This document shows, piece by piece, positions 55,718-64,000 of a stretch of 64,000 nt of DNA (its first letter is position 1; every line of letters starts with the position of its first letter). The stretch lies in the IMG/VR virus record IMGVR_UViG_3300022744_000001, positions 194,022 to 258,021 of that record; one strand, written 5' to 3'. Source of the DNA: a virus. A program made the translations under genes and the position numbers. The notes beneath the pieces were generated by a model, which searched no databases, was not told the origin of the DNA, and saw only the letters and a list, made by a program, of their open reading frames with translations.

Positions 55718-56335
55718 TCATACGTGCGTCGGGGTATCGGACATGCGGTAGAGGGCTTTCTGGGCCACCTGAAGGCAGCGCTCAAACCCCTCGAGTGCAT
55801 TGAACCGGTTTCGACCCTCGGCCGAATGCACCTGCACCTCGAACCCTGACGCGCGAACCGCCCCATCGAGCATCAGGTTGTCATGCATGTCGAAGTCTTC
55901 GACGAACAGGCCGTCGTCGTCTACGATGTCCCCGCCTTGGTTCTTGCTCGGGAAAGGGCCCAGGAGCCGACGCATGCGCTCGTTGTAGAGCAAGGCCGTT
56001 GCCGTGTACCCAAGCACCGGCTTGTGGAGCGCTCGAGCAAACCCCATCTCGTACGCCGTGCCCACATCCATGCTGGGTCCGCGGAACGGGGTCATGTTCG
56101 CGATCAACAGGCTGCACGAACGAATCAGCTGCTCGTTGGCCGCGCTGATGTTGCAGGCGATTTGGAGCTTGCTGCCCGTCATGTCCGCACCGGAATCAAG
56201 AGGGTAGGCCCCCTCGAACCAATACTTCTCGCACAGGGCCTTTTTGGCAATTCCAAGCTCAACAGCGTTCTCGAGGAACACTTCGGGCCCGGCCAGGTAC
56301 ACACGCAATTTGGCATAACTAACAGTGACAGCCAT
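55718..56335 (-). CDS. nucleoside 2-deoxyribosyltransferase family protein
   Basis: VYLAGPEVF...DVGTAYEMGFARAL matches the NDT family signature. Confidence 0.75.
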   Translation of the reverse strand: MAVTVSYAKLRVYLAGPEVFLENAVELGIAKKALCEKYWFEGAYPLDSGADMTGSKLQIACNISAANEQLIRSCSLLIANMTPFRGPSMDVGTAYEMGFARALHKPVLGYTATALLYNERMRRLLGPFPSKNQGGDIVDDDGLFVEDFDMHDNLMLDGAVRASGFEVQVHSAEGRNRFNALEGFERCLQVAQKALYRMSDTPTHV

Positions 56336-56343
56336 GCGTGCGT

Positions 56344-56601
56344 TTACACCGGATTTCTGAGATACTCGTCCATCCGAAGTGTCTCATGAACCAAACTGTA
56401 GGGCGGGTTCACGTGCCCACACTGGCATCGAGGGGCGATGAGCCCCCGGAGCTTCGTCCCCCGCACCACGAAGGGGACCGTGGTGAACAGCTCAGTTCCG
56501 CATCGGTAGCAAGGTGCACTTGCTATTTCAATGCCATAGCGTTTGGACCACTTCAGGTGGTCCACGCCATACGCAAGTATGAAACGGTCTCGGTCGAACA
56601 T
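56344..56601 (-). CDS. small Cys-containing protein
   Basis: CYRCG...CQCGH. Confidence 0.35.
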   Translation of the reverse strand: MFDRDRFILAYGVDHLKWSKRYGIEIASAPCYRCGTELFTTVPFVVRGTKLRGLIAPRCQCGHVNPPYSLVHETLRMDEYLRNPV

Positions 56602-57441
56602 TCAGTCCATCGCGCAGAAGTCGTGGTACTCGATGTCGTTCGCGTCCATGGCCTTGAGGATTTCCTGGAACTTCATGCCCTCAAGCTTGGTCTGGTTGTC
56701 CTGCACCCAGCGGTAGAAGGTCGGGATCGATTTCTTGCCGCCCTTGATGGCAGGGATGCAGACAGGCAGGTTGTTCTTGTCCACCTTGTCGCGGATGGAG
56801 AAGGTCTGCATGGTGGCTTCGATTTCGACGTATTTGCCGCTGATCTTGACGGGCTTCACACCCGCGGGCATGACGTCGATACCACGCTTTTCGCCATCGC
56901 GAAGATCGATGCCGCGGACCCAGTTACCGGCGTTCTCGAAATCGTCCACGATGTCCTTGAGCCCGGCTTCCATCTGGCTCAGAGACACGTTCTTCTTGGC
57001 CAGGTCAACCACATCGAATGCGATCGAATCAAGGAGAGCGTCCCCTTTGATGTTCCCGTAGGAGAGGTTGAAGTATTTGCACTTCTTGCCGCGCTTGCCC
57101 GCGTTCTCCAGGTGCACGATGGAGATGCTGTCGAAAAAGCGATGGATGCGCCACTTGTCGGTTTCGGTCCCCGTCCCCATCTGAAGGGCGTGCATGTGCC
57201 GGGAAGCGACCCGGTTTGCCATTTCGCTAGGAACAGAGCTTTGTGCCGCAACCCGAAGTGCAATGTCATCCATGGCGTTCTTCCCCTTGAAGTATTCCGA
57301 GGTCTCTTTTTTACAGTGCTCAGAGCCCGGGTTCTTGTGTTTGCAGTAGATCGACCAAGCGGTTGCCCAAGCCTGAGAATCCGAGTAGCTGGGGTTGTCC
57401 TTTTTGACCTTCTTGAAGTAGTCGTCTACTGGGCTGGGCAT
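56602..57441 (-). CDS. hypothetical protein
   Basis: 279 aa, lysine-rich. Confidence 0.45.
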   Translation of the reverse strand: MPSPVDDYFKKVKKDNPSYSDSQAWATAWSIYCKHKNPGSEHCKKETSEYFKGKNAMDDIALRVAAQSSVPSEMANRVASRHMHALQMGTGTETDKWRIHRFFDSISIVHLENAGKRGKKCKYFNLSYGNIKGDALLDSIAFDVVDLAKKNVSLSQMEAGLKDIVDDFENAGNWVRGIDLRDGEKRGIDVMPAGVKPVKISGKYVEIEATMQTFSIRDKVDKNNLPVCIPAIKGGKKSIPTFYRWVQDNQTKLEGMKFQEILKAMDANDIEYHDFCAMD

Positions 57442-58406
57442 CAGTCGTCCCCGCGAGCCGGGCGGTCCTTGACGCTGAGGATCTTGAAGCGACGGTCGTT
57501 TTTCATGGCTTCGGCCGCCTTGTTCTGGGCGGAAATCTCGTAGATGGTCTCGCCATCTTTCTCAAGACCCCCAACGCCACCGTACTCCTCAGCAGCACGC
57601 CAAAGGTCTTGACCCGCGAATTCGTCCGAGGCCACTGCCTGGATGATGACCGGCTTGTAGTCCTTGGGGTCTTCCTTGCGACCCTTGCCGCCACGAAGGA
57701 GGGACTCGAGCGAGTGCTTAAGCCCGGAATCCATGTGGTTGCCGTAATACTTGAGATGCGTTCGGGTACCCTTATCGAGAAGGTCAGCGGCGATCCACCG
57801 CTCCATCGTCTTCTCGCCACCCGTGAAAGGGTACGCCTTGTACTTGACCCGCTCGTCCCCAACCGAGGTCAGAATGACCATCTGAGGGCTGGTGCTGGCC
57901 CCAAGCCAGTACGCAGCACCCTCTTGCAGGGTCAGCTTGGACCCCCCAGGAGCCATAAGGCCACCGGGGCCGAGCACGCCGCGGGAGATGGCGACGTGAT
58001 TCGAGGCAACACGATGGATCAGCTCGAGGTCACTCGCGGTCTTGGCGGCCCCACTCCACTCCACAAACTTGTTCACGATCTGGCGTTCCACACCAGAGAC
58101 CAAGGGGAAGAAGAGGTCCACCCCGTTTTTACGGGGGCGGCTGAACTGAACCGACAGCGTGTCCAACCCTGCATTGACTCCGAAGCTCGTGAACAACCCA
58201 CGATGTTTCACGTTGCCCAGCGCCTGCTGCACCCTGGGGTGAGACGAGAAACTCGCCATGAGCTTCGAAATCCTCTGCGCCATTTGGCTAGTGGAACCCA
58301 CGATGATTTTGGGCTCCACCCCATCGACCTCTTTGACCTTCTTGGCGATGGCTTTGACTACGTCTTCAACGATGGCGGCGGCGGATGCAGGAGTAAGGTC
58401 GGGCAT
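57441..58406 (-). CDS. hypothetical protein adjacent to ClpX
   Basis: Start taken at MPDLTP (58406). 322 aa. Confidence 0.45.
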   Translation of the reverse strand: MPDLTPASAAAIVEDVVKAIAKKVKEVDGVEPKIIVGSTSQMAQRISKLMASFSSHPRVQQALGNVKHRGLFTSFGVNAGLDTLSVQFSRPRKNGVDLFFPLVSGVERQIVNKFVEWSGAAKTASDLELIHRVASNHVAISRGVLGPGGLMAPGGSKLTLQEGAAYWLGASTSPQMVILTSVGDERVKYKAYPFTGGEKTMERWIAADLLDKGTRTHLKYYGNHMDSGLKHSLESLLRGGKGRKEDPKDYKPVIIQAVASDEFAGQDLWRAAEEYGGVGGLEKDGETIYEISAQNKAAEAMKNDRRFKILSVKDRPARGDD

Positions 58407-58452
58407 GCGGGTGGGCTCCTTATTCAATGCTAGCCCGCCAACAAACAGACTA

Positions 58453-59733
58453 TCACCCAAAGCTGGCTTGTTTCGTCTTCCGCGGGGTGAGGACCGCAGC
58501 ACCTTTCCCCATCACTACGTCCTCGGTGATGAGCACAGAGCCCACCGTTTCATCCCCAGGGATATCGAAGGACACGTCTCGAATCGTATCCTCGAGAATA
58601 GAGCGCAAGGCTCGAGCACCCGTGGGCCGCTGTTTGGCCAACCGAGCGATTGCCCTCAGTGCATCATCAGTGAACTGCAAATCCACCGTGTCGATCGAGA
58701 AGAGGGCCTTCGCCTGCTTCAAAATGCTGTGCTTGGGCTCGACCAAGACCCGAACGATATCCTCTTCGCTAAGCTCGGTCGTCGTGGTGAGAACGGGCAA
58801 ACGACCCGCAAGTTCAGGAATCAACCCGAACTCAATGATGTCGTCCTCACACGCGGATAGGTACGAGTGGGACAGGTCAAACCGCTCCTTGGTCGAAGCC
58901 CCAAACCCAATCCCCGCCCCCTTGTTGAGGCGTCGTTCAATGAGGGGCTCAATACCGGCAAAGCTCCCAGCACAGATGAACAGGATGTTGGCCGTATCGA
59001 CCATGTCCGTGACCGACGCCTGGGAGGCACTGCGACCCTGTCTCGGCACCGGCACCTTGGTGCCCTCGAACAACTTGAGCAGCGCTTGCTGTACCCCTTC
59101 ACCGGAGACGTCCCGGAACCCAGCCGATGTCTTCCCGCTCTTCCTGGCAATCTTGTCGATCTCGTCGATGTAGATGATGCCCCACTCGGCCTTCTGAACG
59201 TCGCCGTTGGCCTCCTGGACAAGCCCTTGAAGGAGGGTTTCGACGTCGTCCCCGACGTAACCAGCTTGCGTGAGACGGGTCGCGTCCCCGATGAACAACG
59301 GCACCTTGAGCATGCGAGCAATGCTGCGCGCCAGATGGGTTTTGCCAGTGCCCGTCGGCCCGAGAAGCAGGATATTCGACTTCTCGATCTCAACGTCCTC
59401 ATAGCGGCCGTTCATCTTCGTCATCCACTTGCCGTTGGCTCGACGGCGTTTGTAGTGGTTGTGGATGGCGATGGCGAGATCACGCTTGGCTTTGTCTTGG
59501 CCCACCACGTAATCGTCCAGGTAGGCTTTGATCTGTCGGGGCGTCCGAAGGGTCTCCTCCTCGGTTTTACCCTCGATGGTGCGCTTGTTCGACGCGAACA
59601 CCTCCATGGAGGTTTCGACGCAGCGCTTGCAGATGGCCACTGGATCGTTGGAATCTTCCTCGATTTTCGAGGTGATCAGGGACGTGACTTCGTTTCGAGG
59701 GCGGCCACAAAACCAGCACTTAGTGGGGTCCAT
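58453..59733 (-). CDS. clpX: ClpX ATP-dependent protease ATPase subunit
   Basis: N-terminal C4 zinc-binding domain CWFCG...CKRC. Walker [19 protein letters not shown]. ClpX-like over its whole length. Confidence 0.85.
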   Translation of the reverse strand: MDPTKCWFCGRPRNEVTSLITSKIEEDSNDPVAICKRCVETSMEVFASNKRTIEGKTEEETLRTPRQIKAYLDDYVVGQDKAKRDLAIAIHNHYKRRRANGKWMTKMNGRYEDVEIEKSNILLLGPTGTGKTHLARSIARMLKVPLFIGDATRLTQAGYVGDDVETLLQGLVQEANGDVQKAEWGIIYIDEIDKIARKSGKTSAGFRDVSGEGVQQALLKLFEGTKVPVPRQGRSASQASVTDMVDTANILFICAGSFAGIEPLIERRLNKGAGIGFGASTKERFDLSHSYLSACEDDIIEFGLIPELAGRLPVLTTTTELSEEDIVRVLVEPKHSILKQAKALFSIDTVDLQFTDDALRAIARLAKQRPTGARALRSILEDTIRDVSFDIPGDETVGSVLITEDVVMGKGAAVLTPRKTKQASFG

Positions 59734-59756
59734 ATCGAGCTTACACCGCCCCTGGC

Positions 59757-60065
59757 TTAGAAATCCCAGTCGGGATCGCGTGGTTTTTCGAACATGGATG
59801 GCAAAGCGGCCAAGTGTTTGTTATGCCGCGTCCAGGTCCCACGTACGACTTGACGTCGTTGCTTGGGCTCGGTGTGCCAACTCTTGACCTTGGCCATGAC
59901 ATGGGTCGAAGCCATGGCAGACCAAACATCACTGACCCTGATTTGCGCAGAGACAGCGAGGAGGGCAGCAGCCAGCATGAGGAGTGCGGCTTTGCGGAGT
60001 GAAGAAGACGGCCCCAGAGGGGAGAGAAGCTGAACCGGCTGGCTCGCATTCCCCAGTGCCGTCAT
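59757..60065 (-). CDS. small secreted/membrane protein
   Basis: Signal-peptide-like [15 protein letters not shown]. Confidence 0.3.
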   Translation of the reverse strand: MTALGNASQPVQLLSPLGPSSSLRKAALLMLAAALLAVSAQIRVSDVWSAMASTHVMAKVKSWHTEPKQRRQVVRGTWTRHNKHLAALPSMFEKPRDPDWDF

Positions 60066-60114
60066 GGCACAAACCCAAACCCTAGAACGAGCATGAACAA
60101 CTCACCTCCCGGGG

Positions 60115-60894
60115 TTACAACTCCCCGTAAACGATGCAGTCAGCGTTCCAGACCAGGCCGTCGCATTGAACCGACCCGTCTTTTCGAATAACGCAGGCGC
60201 CACCCTCACCGAAGTTGTTGCAGGTCTCTTGGCCGTATCGATTCGACACGATGAGCGCTGCTTTGTTGTCCTCAACGAAATCCATCCATGAAACGGCGGG
60301 GAACCCACCGTCACCCCAGTTCGCGCTGAGGCACACGACGTCGGCGTCCCCGGGACCGTAGAAGTCGGTCCACTTGTCGTTGGCCTTGTCTCGGACGTCC
60401 CGGCAGATGAGCAAACCGAGACGAATCCCCAGATCAGGGCATTCGATGATGGGAGGGTTGCTCCGGCCTGCCTTGGACCACAGGAAATCGTTGCCCCACC
60501 GGTTGATCTTGCGGTAGGTGGCGAACTCCCCGATGGGGGACATATAGACCTGGCTGTTGTAGAGCGCGTCCTGACCCACCGCCTGCTCGACCATACCCCA
60601 TACCAGGTGCACGTTCAGGCTCGAGGCCAACGCTTTCATGACCTGCATGGTCGGCGCCGGATGCTTCGGCGGGATCATCGTCGTGTTGAAAAGGAAGGCA
60701 TCCGGAGTGATGAACTCCGCCTCTCCTTGAGCCTCTGGCTGCGACATGAACGAGTACCCGGTCGTCGCAAGCTCAGGCATGACAATGAGCCGCGCGCCAT
60801 TCTCCGCCGCCTCGGTAGTCATTTTGACGAGGCGACGAAGGTTTTCACGCTTGTCGCGATACACAGGGCAGGTTTGGAGAGCAGCAACCTTCAC
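60115..60894 (-). CDS. carbon-nitrogen hydrolase (nitrilase superfamily)
   Basis: MKVAALQTCPVYRDKRENL...IVMPELATTGY is the CN-hydrolase N-terminal E-K-C pattern. 259 aa. Confidence 0.7.
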   Translation of the reverse strand: MKVAALQTCPVYRDKRENLRRLVKMTTEAAENGARLIVMPELATTGYSFMSQPEAQGEAEFITPDAFLFNTTMIPPKHPAPTMQVMKALASSLNVHLVWGMVEQAVGQDALYNSQVYMSPIGEFATYRKINRWGNDFLWSKAGRSNPPIIECPDLGIRLGLLICRDVRDKANDKWTDFYGPGDADVVCLSANWGDGGFPAVSWMDFVEDNKAALIVSNRYGQETCNNFGEGGACVIRKDGSVQCDGLVWNADCIVYGEL

Positions 60895-60933
60895 AACTAG
60901 AACCTCACATAGAAAGGTTATGCTCTCCGCAAA

Positions 60934-61122
60934 TCACCGCTTTTTGTCACGTAGCCGAGAGACCGACCCTCGGCCGCCTTCGGTGGTGTGCACGAAATCC
61001 CGTCGGTCGCTGGTCCCGCAAACCCCACAGGAATCCGACCCGTGTTTGCACAGGGTACCGTGCACTCCTACTTTGTTGCTGGGCGCGGGGGTATTCATAT
61101 CGTACCAATCAATTTCGCTCAT
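60934..61122 (-). CDS. small Cys-rich protein
   Basis: Internal ATG start avoids overlap with its neighbour. CKHGSDSCGVCG. Confidence 0.25.
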   Translation of the reverse strand: MSEIDWYDMNTPAPSNKVGVHGTLCKHGSDSCGVCGTSDRRDFVHTTEGGRGSVSRLRDKKR

Positions 61123-61130
61123 GGTGCACC

Positions 61131-61493
61131 TCAATCCGGAGCCTGAAACTGACGTTCCCAGTATTGGGCCCCTGGCCCCCTGTAGGTCAGCGAGGTTGCG
61201 GGGACCGCCAGCATGATGGTCGCGGAGCACACGCCTTTGCGCTCACGCATGCGGGCTACAAAACCCCCGCTCTCGGTCCCAACGACCGCTCGGCCATCCT
61301 CAAAGAGGCGGTCAAGAAGCTGGGTGACACCATCCTCCTTGACTCGAAAGCGAAGGAACTTCGTCGCCCCAAGGGTGAAACGGTTCAGGACGTCGATCTT
61401 CGGGAACTTGAGCCCCAGTGTCTGCGCCGTGCGAAGGATCTTCTCGGTCAGCACATGGTCGGGCTCTCGAACCTCAACAGCGAAGTAGTTCAT
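61131..61493 (-). CDS. hypothetical protein
   Basis: 120 aa. ATGA-coupled to the DHFR gene. Confidence 0.4.
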   Translation of the reverse strand: MNYFAVEVREPDHVLTEKILRTAQTLGLKFPKIDVLNRFTLGATKFLRFRVKEDGVTQLLDRLFEDGRAVVGTESGGFVARMRERKGVCSATIMLAVPATSLTYRGPGAQYWERQFQAPD

Positions 61494-62023
61494 GGCCGCA
61501 CGTACCTCCGGTGAAGGAGGGTAGGGTCCTCCGCGTTGACCTCTTCGGAAACGAGCTTGAACCCGGGCATGCCGTCGAGGAACGGCTTGAAAACGGTTCT
61601 GGACTCCGCAAGCTCACTCAACGTGGTGGGCCCGAAATCTTCGTAGCTCTTGATGGCCGCCTCGTTGGCGTCAAGAATCACTGTGAGGTCAAACTCTTGG
61701 ATGTGAGGGAGTGCAAGCTCATAGACGTCAGAGCCCCCCGCGATCCACACCGGGGCACCAAACGTCTCAGCCATCTTCAACGCTGCCTCGATGGAGTCAC
61801 ACGTGTTGACCCCTTCTTGTGGGGTTCGACTGATCACGATGGTCTCCCGGCCAGGAAGCTTGCGCCGCCCAATGGACCACCATGTTTTGCGACCCATGAT
61901 CAGGGTGCCGCCCATGGTCTGAGCCTTGAACCTTTTGAGGTCCTGGCTTTTCTTCCAGGGGATACCGCCCTTCGCACCAATGATCCCATCGGGCGAAACC
62001 GCCACTATCGCTCGCACTTCCAT
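61490..62023 (-). CDS. folA: dihydrofolate reductase
   Basis: IVAVSPDGIIGAKGGIPWKKSQDLKRFK...LIMGRKTWWSIGRRKLPGRETIVISR aligns with the E. coli FolA N-terminal half. Confidence 0.85.
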   Translation of the reverse strand: MEVRAIVAVSPDGIIGAKGGIPWKKSQDLKRFKAQTMGGTLIMGRKTWWSIGRRKLPGRETIVISRTPQEGVNTCDSIEAALKMAETFGAPVWIAGGSDVYELALPHIQEFDLTVILDANEAAIKSYEDFGPTTLSELAESRTVFKPFLDGMPGFKLVSEEVNAEDPTLLHRRYVRP

Positions 62024-62084
62024 GTCAACTCCATCTGCCCCGTAAAGGCGGCAACGCCTGTAGTTGACACCGGAGCCCAGGCAG

Positions 62085-63041
62085 TTACACAGCGACTTTG
62101 AAGTCGATCTTCGGGTGCGGTTCGTACCCCTCGAGCACGAAGAGGCTCATGATCTCTTCCGTGGTGACCGACGGGTCCAGGAGCGCTTCCACGTCGGTCA
62201 AGCTCTTGATCCGGTCAGAGATGGTCAGCTTGGGCAGCGACTTGGGCTCTCGAGAAATCTGCTCCCGAAGTCCCGGGATGTGGTCGTACTCGGCCTTGTC
62301 CCCATCGGGCTTGGCCGTGTAGATGTGGGCGTCGATGAGGGTGTGGCCGAAGATGCCAGGCTCGATGCCCGAGAAGCGGCTGAACAGGTGGAGCAGGAGC
62401 GCGTAGCTGGCCAGGTTGTAGGGCACCCCCAAGGCCACGTCGCACGAGCGCTGGGTCAGGTGCAGGCAGAGCCGTTGGCCATAGACGTCGGGAACCACCG
62501 TCGAGTGATACCGCTCCTTGACCTCGTTCTGCACGTTCAGGACAAACATGGCGTGGCAAGGGGGCAACTTGGCGACCTGAGCGTCACCGGGGGCCCAGGC
62601 AGAAACGACCATGCGACGCGAAAGCGGATTGCGCTGGAGTTCCCCTACGACCCAGCCAATCTGGTCGTTGTAGGGGCCGTCCAGGTTCACCTGGATGCCA
62701 CCCGACCGGTAGTTGATGACGCCCTCACGGTGCACCGGGAACTTGCGCCATGCCGGGCCGTAGCAGTTGGCCACGCGACCATCCTCGAGATACCAGGGCT
62801 TCCAAAACCCGCAGTTGTGGCGCTCAAGGAAGTCCGCCTTGTCCGAGCCGGAGAGAAACCAGAGAAGCTCGATGACGATGTTCTTCCAGCTCACCGTCTT
62901 CGTAGTGAGCAGCGGGAAACCCTCACGCAAATCGTGCTCGTAGTAGTAACCGAACGTCGAGATGGTATCGACCCCCGTTCGATTCTCTTTGCGGGTACCG
63001 TTCTGAAGTACGTGTTTCACCAAATCTGTGTACTGTTGCAT
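62085..63041 (-). CDS. thyA: thymidylate synthase (ThyA)
   Basis: RTGVDTISTFG, GFPLLTTK, ELLWFLSG and PCHAMFVLNV (catalytic Cys) are all present. Confidence 0.85.
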   Translation of the reverse strand: MQQYTDLVKHVLQNGTRKENRTGVDTISTFGYYYEHDLREGFPLLTTKTVSWKNIVIELLWFLSGSDKADFLERHNCGFWKPWYLEDGRVANCYGPAWRKFPVHREGVINYRSGGIQVNLDGPYNDQIGWVVGELQRNPLSRRMVVSAWAPGDAQVAKLPPCHAMFVLNVQNEVKERYHSTVVPDVYGQRLCLHLTQRSCDVALGVPYNLASYALLLHLFSRFSGIEPGIFGHTLIDAHIYTAKPDGDKAEYDHIPGLREQISREPKSLPKLTISDRIKSLTDVEALLDPSVTTEEIMSLFVLEGYEPHPKIDFKVAV

Positions 63042-63042
63042 C

Positions 63043-63651
63043 TCAGAATCCTTCTTCCATGAGGTCGAAACGGCTTTTGATAGGACCCACGGGTTCGGCC
63101 GAGGGCCATGAGAGTTGAACCAAAGTGCCTGGGAGAACGCTGGAGGACGTCTTGTTTTTCACAACAAGGACAGTCTCTTCATCAAGGGCCTTGAGCGTGA
63201 AGTAACTCGAGTACGCCACGATTTTTGGTAACGCGTTTCGTCGTTGGAACCCGAGAACCACGGTTTTTCGCTCGGCACGGCACCGGTCAATGAGGGCCTG
63301 GGAATTTCGAGCAAAGCTCAAAAGACCATAGTCGTTGCGTGTGAAGGACACGGGGTCAATGACAATGACAGGGGCTCGCATTTTGAGAGCCATGAGAAAG
63401 CCCTCAAGCGCATCCTCTACTTCGATCGTCGGCACATTCGTGGGCCGGACCCCTTTGTCACAATCCACGAACACAGCGGCGTTCGAGTCAGCGATGGAAA
63501 CCAAGAGTTTCCGCCGCGCCTCGAGCGGCTCCTCACTGTAGACGCAAGAAACCACCCCAGTGGGAAGCCCCTCGAGTTGGGCGTCAACACACGGCATCCC
63601 CGTCGAGATTTGCATGCTACTTTGACACCGGTCAGAATAAATCGTCGTCAA
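63043..63651 (-). CDS. RecA/KaiC-like fold protein lacking a canonical P-loop, ending SRFDLMEEGF
   Basis: GMPCVDAQLEGLPTGVVSCVYSEEPLE resembles the RecA/RadA/KaiC N-terminal region, but the Walker A GxxGxGKT motif is absent. The C-terminus carries the shared tail. Confidence 0.4.
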   Translation of the reverse strand: MTTIYSDRCQSSMQISTGMPCVDAQLEGLPTGVVSCVYSEEPLEARRKLLVSIADSNAAVFVDCDKGVRPTNVPTIEVEDALEGFLMALKMRAPVIVIDPVSFTRNDYGLLSFARNSQALIDRCRAERKTVVLGFQRRNALPKIVAYSSYFTLKALDEETVLVVKNKTSSSVLPGTLVQLSWPSAEPVGPIKSRFDLMEEGF

Positions 63652-63988
63652 ACATCAGGTCGAATCGACTTCGTGGCGCTTTTTTCTCACGAGAAAACGG
63701 CCGAGCGGAATACCCACTTTCGTTCATGACCATCTCATAGTCCTGGCCATCAACCCGAAAGACCCGAGCGAAGTCGTAGTCTTCATCCTCGTCCTCGGAA
63801 GGTTCGTTGAACTTGAACTGGTACTCCGTGATGGGCGGGCCTCGCTCCGGGGCTTTGAACGGCCCCTCCCCACCGACCACAATCGCTGCGTTCTGCACTA
63901 GCAGGATACCAAGGTCGTCGAGTTTGAAAGTAGGCTCTGGGGCGTCGATGATCACTATGGGAGAAGCTCTCCCATGCAACATGCGCAA
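63632..63988 (-). CDS. hypothetical protein ending SRFDLMFDDDLF
   Basis: 118 aa. Carries the shared C-terminal tail. Confidence 0.4.
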   Translation of the reverse strand: MRMLHGRASPIVIIDAPEPTFKLDDLGILLVQNAAIVVGGEGPFKAPERGPPITEYQFKFNEPSEDEDEDYDFARVFRVDGQDYEMVMNESGYSARPFSREKKAPRSRFDLMFDDDLF

Positions 63989-64000
63989 AAGCCGGTCTAG

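Noticed and set aside
62064-63062. 332 aa + strand ORF antisense to thyA
   Set aside because: ThyA is clear on the minus strand. This is a GC artefact. The same applies to 2545..3513, 664..1254, 13160..13942, 14656..15384, 41387..42391 and 42750..43229.
1-64000. tRNA, rRNA and CRISPR arrays
   Set aside because: I saw no T-loop-containing cloverleaf candidates in intergenic regions and no spaced direct-repeat arrays. The only regular DNA repeat is the 3x15-bp palindrome array at 30133.

Overview
This 64 kb, high-GC (about 60%) window looks like part of a large dsDNA phage or prophage. Short genes are tightly packed on both strands, there are more than 20 strand switches, and many genes overlap at ATGA/GTGA junctions. 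I found no rRNA, tRNA or CRISPR array. Several long antisense ORFs are artefacts of the GC content. All domain calls rest on motifs I read by eye, with no database search, so treat them as hypotheses.

Recognisable content:
- **Nucleotide metabolism:** thymidylate synthase next to DHFR, a T4-gp1-like dNMP kinase, two nucleoside 2-deoxyribosyltransferase (NDT) family proteins (one fused to Nudix), two MazG-like proteins, a SpoT-type HD small alarmone hydrolase, RNase HII, AlkB and CoaD.
- **NAD+ salvage operon:** an NrtR-like Nudix regulator, NadV (Nampt), and a PncC-like domain fused to NMNAT, preceded by three tandem palindromic sites.
- **Lysis genes:** an M15 endolysin with a PG-binding domain, DUF1003, membrane proteins and an SleB-like hydrolase.
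- **Candidate anti-defence genes:** a 2H phosphoesterase, a DHH/DHHA1 phosphoesterase, Dam methylase, and a Nudix–NDT fusion.
- **Other machinery:** two classic AAA ATPases (one with an acidic tail), ClpX, ParB-like and DUF262 proteins, vWA and J-domain proteins, two histone-H1-like K/A-rich proteins, an HNH endonuclease and a Vsr/NUMOD homing endonuclease.

The most unusual signal seen directly in the sequence is a shared C-terminal peptide, [S/N]RFD[L/R][L/M/I] followed by acidic residues, on at least six otherwise unrelated ORFs.
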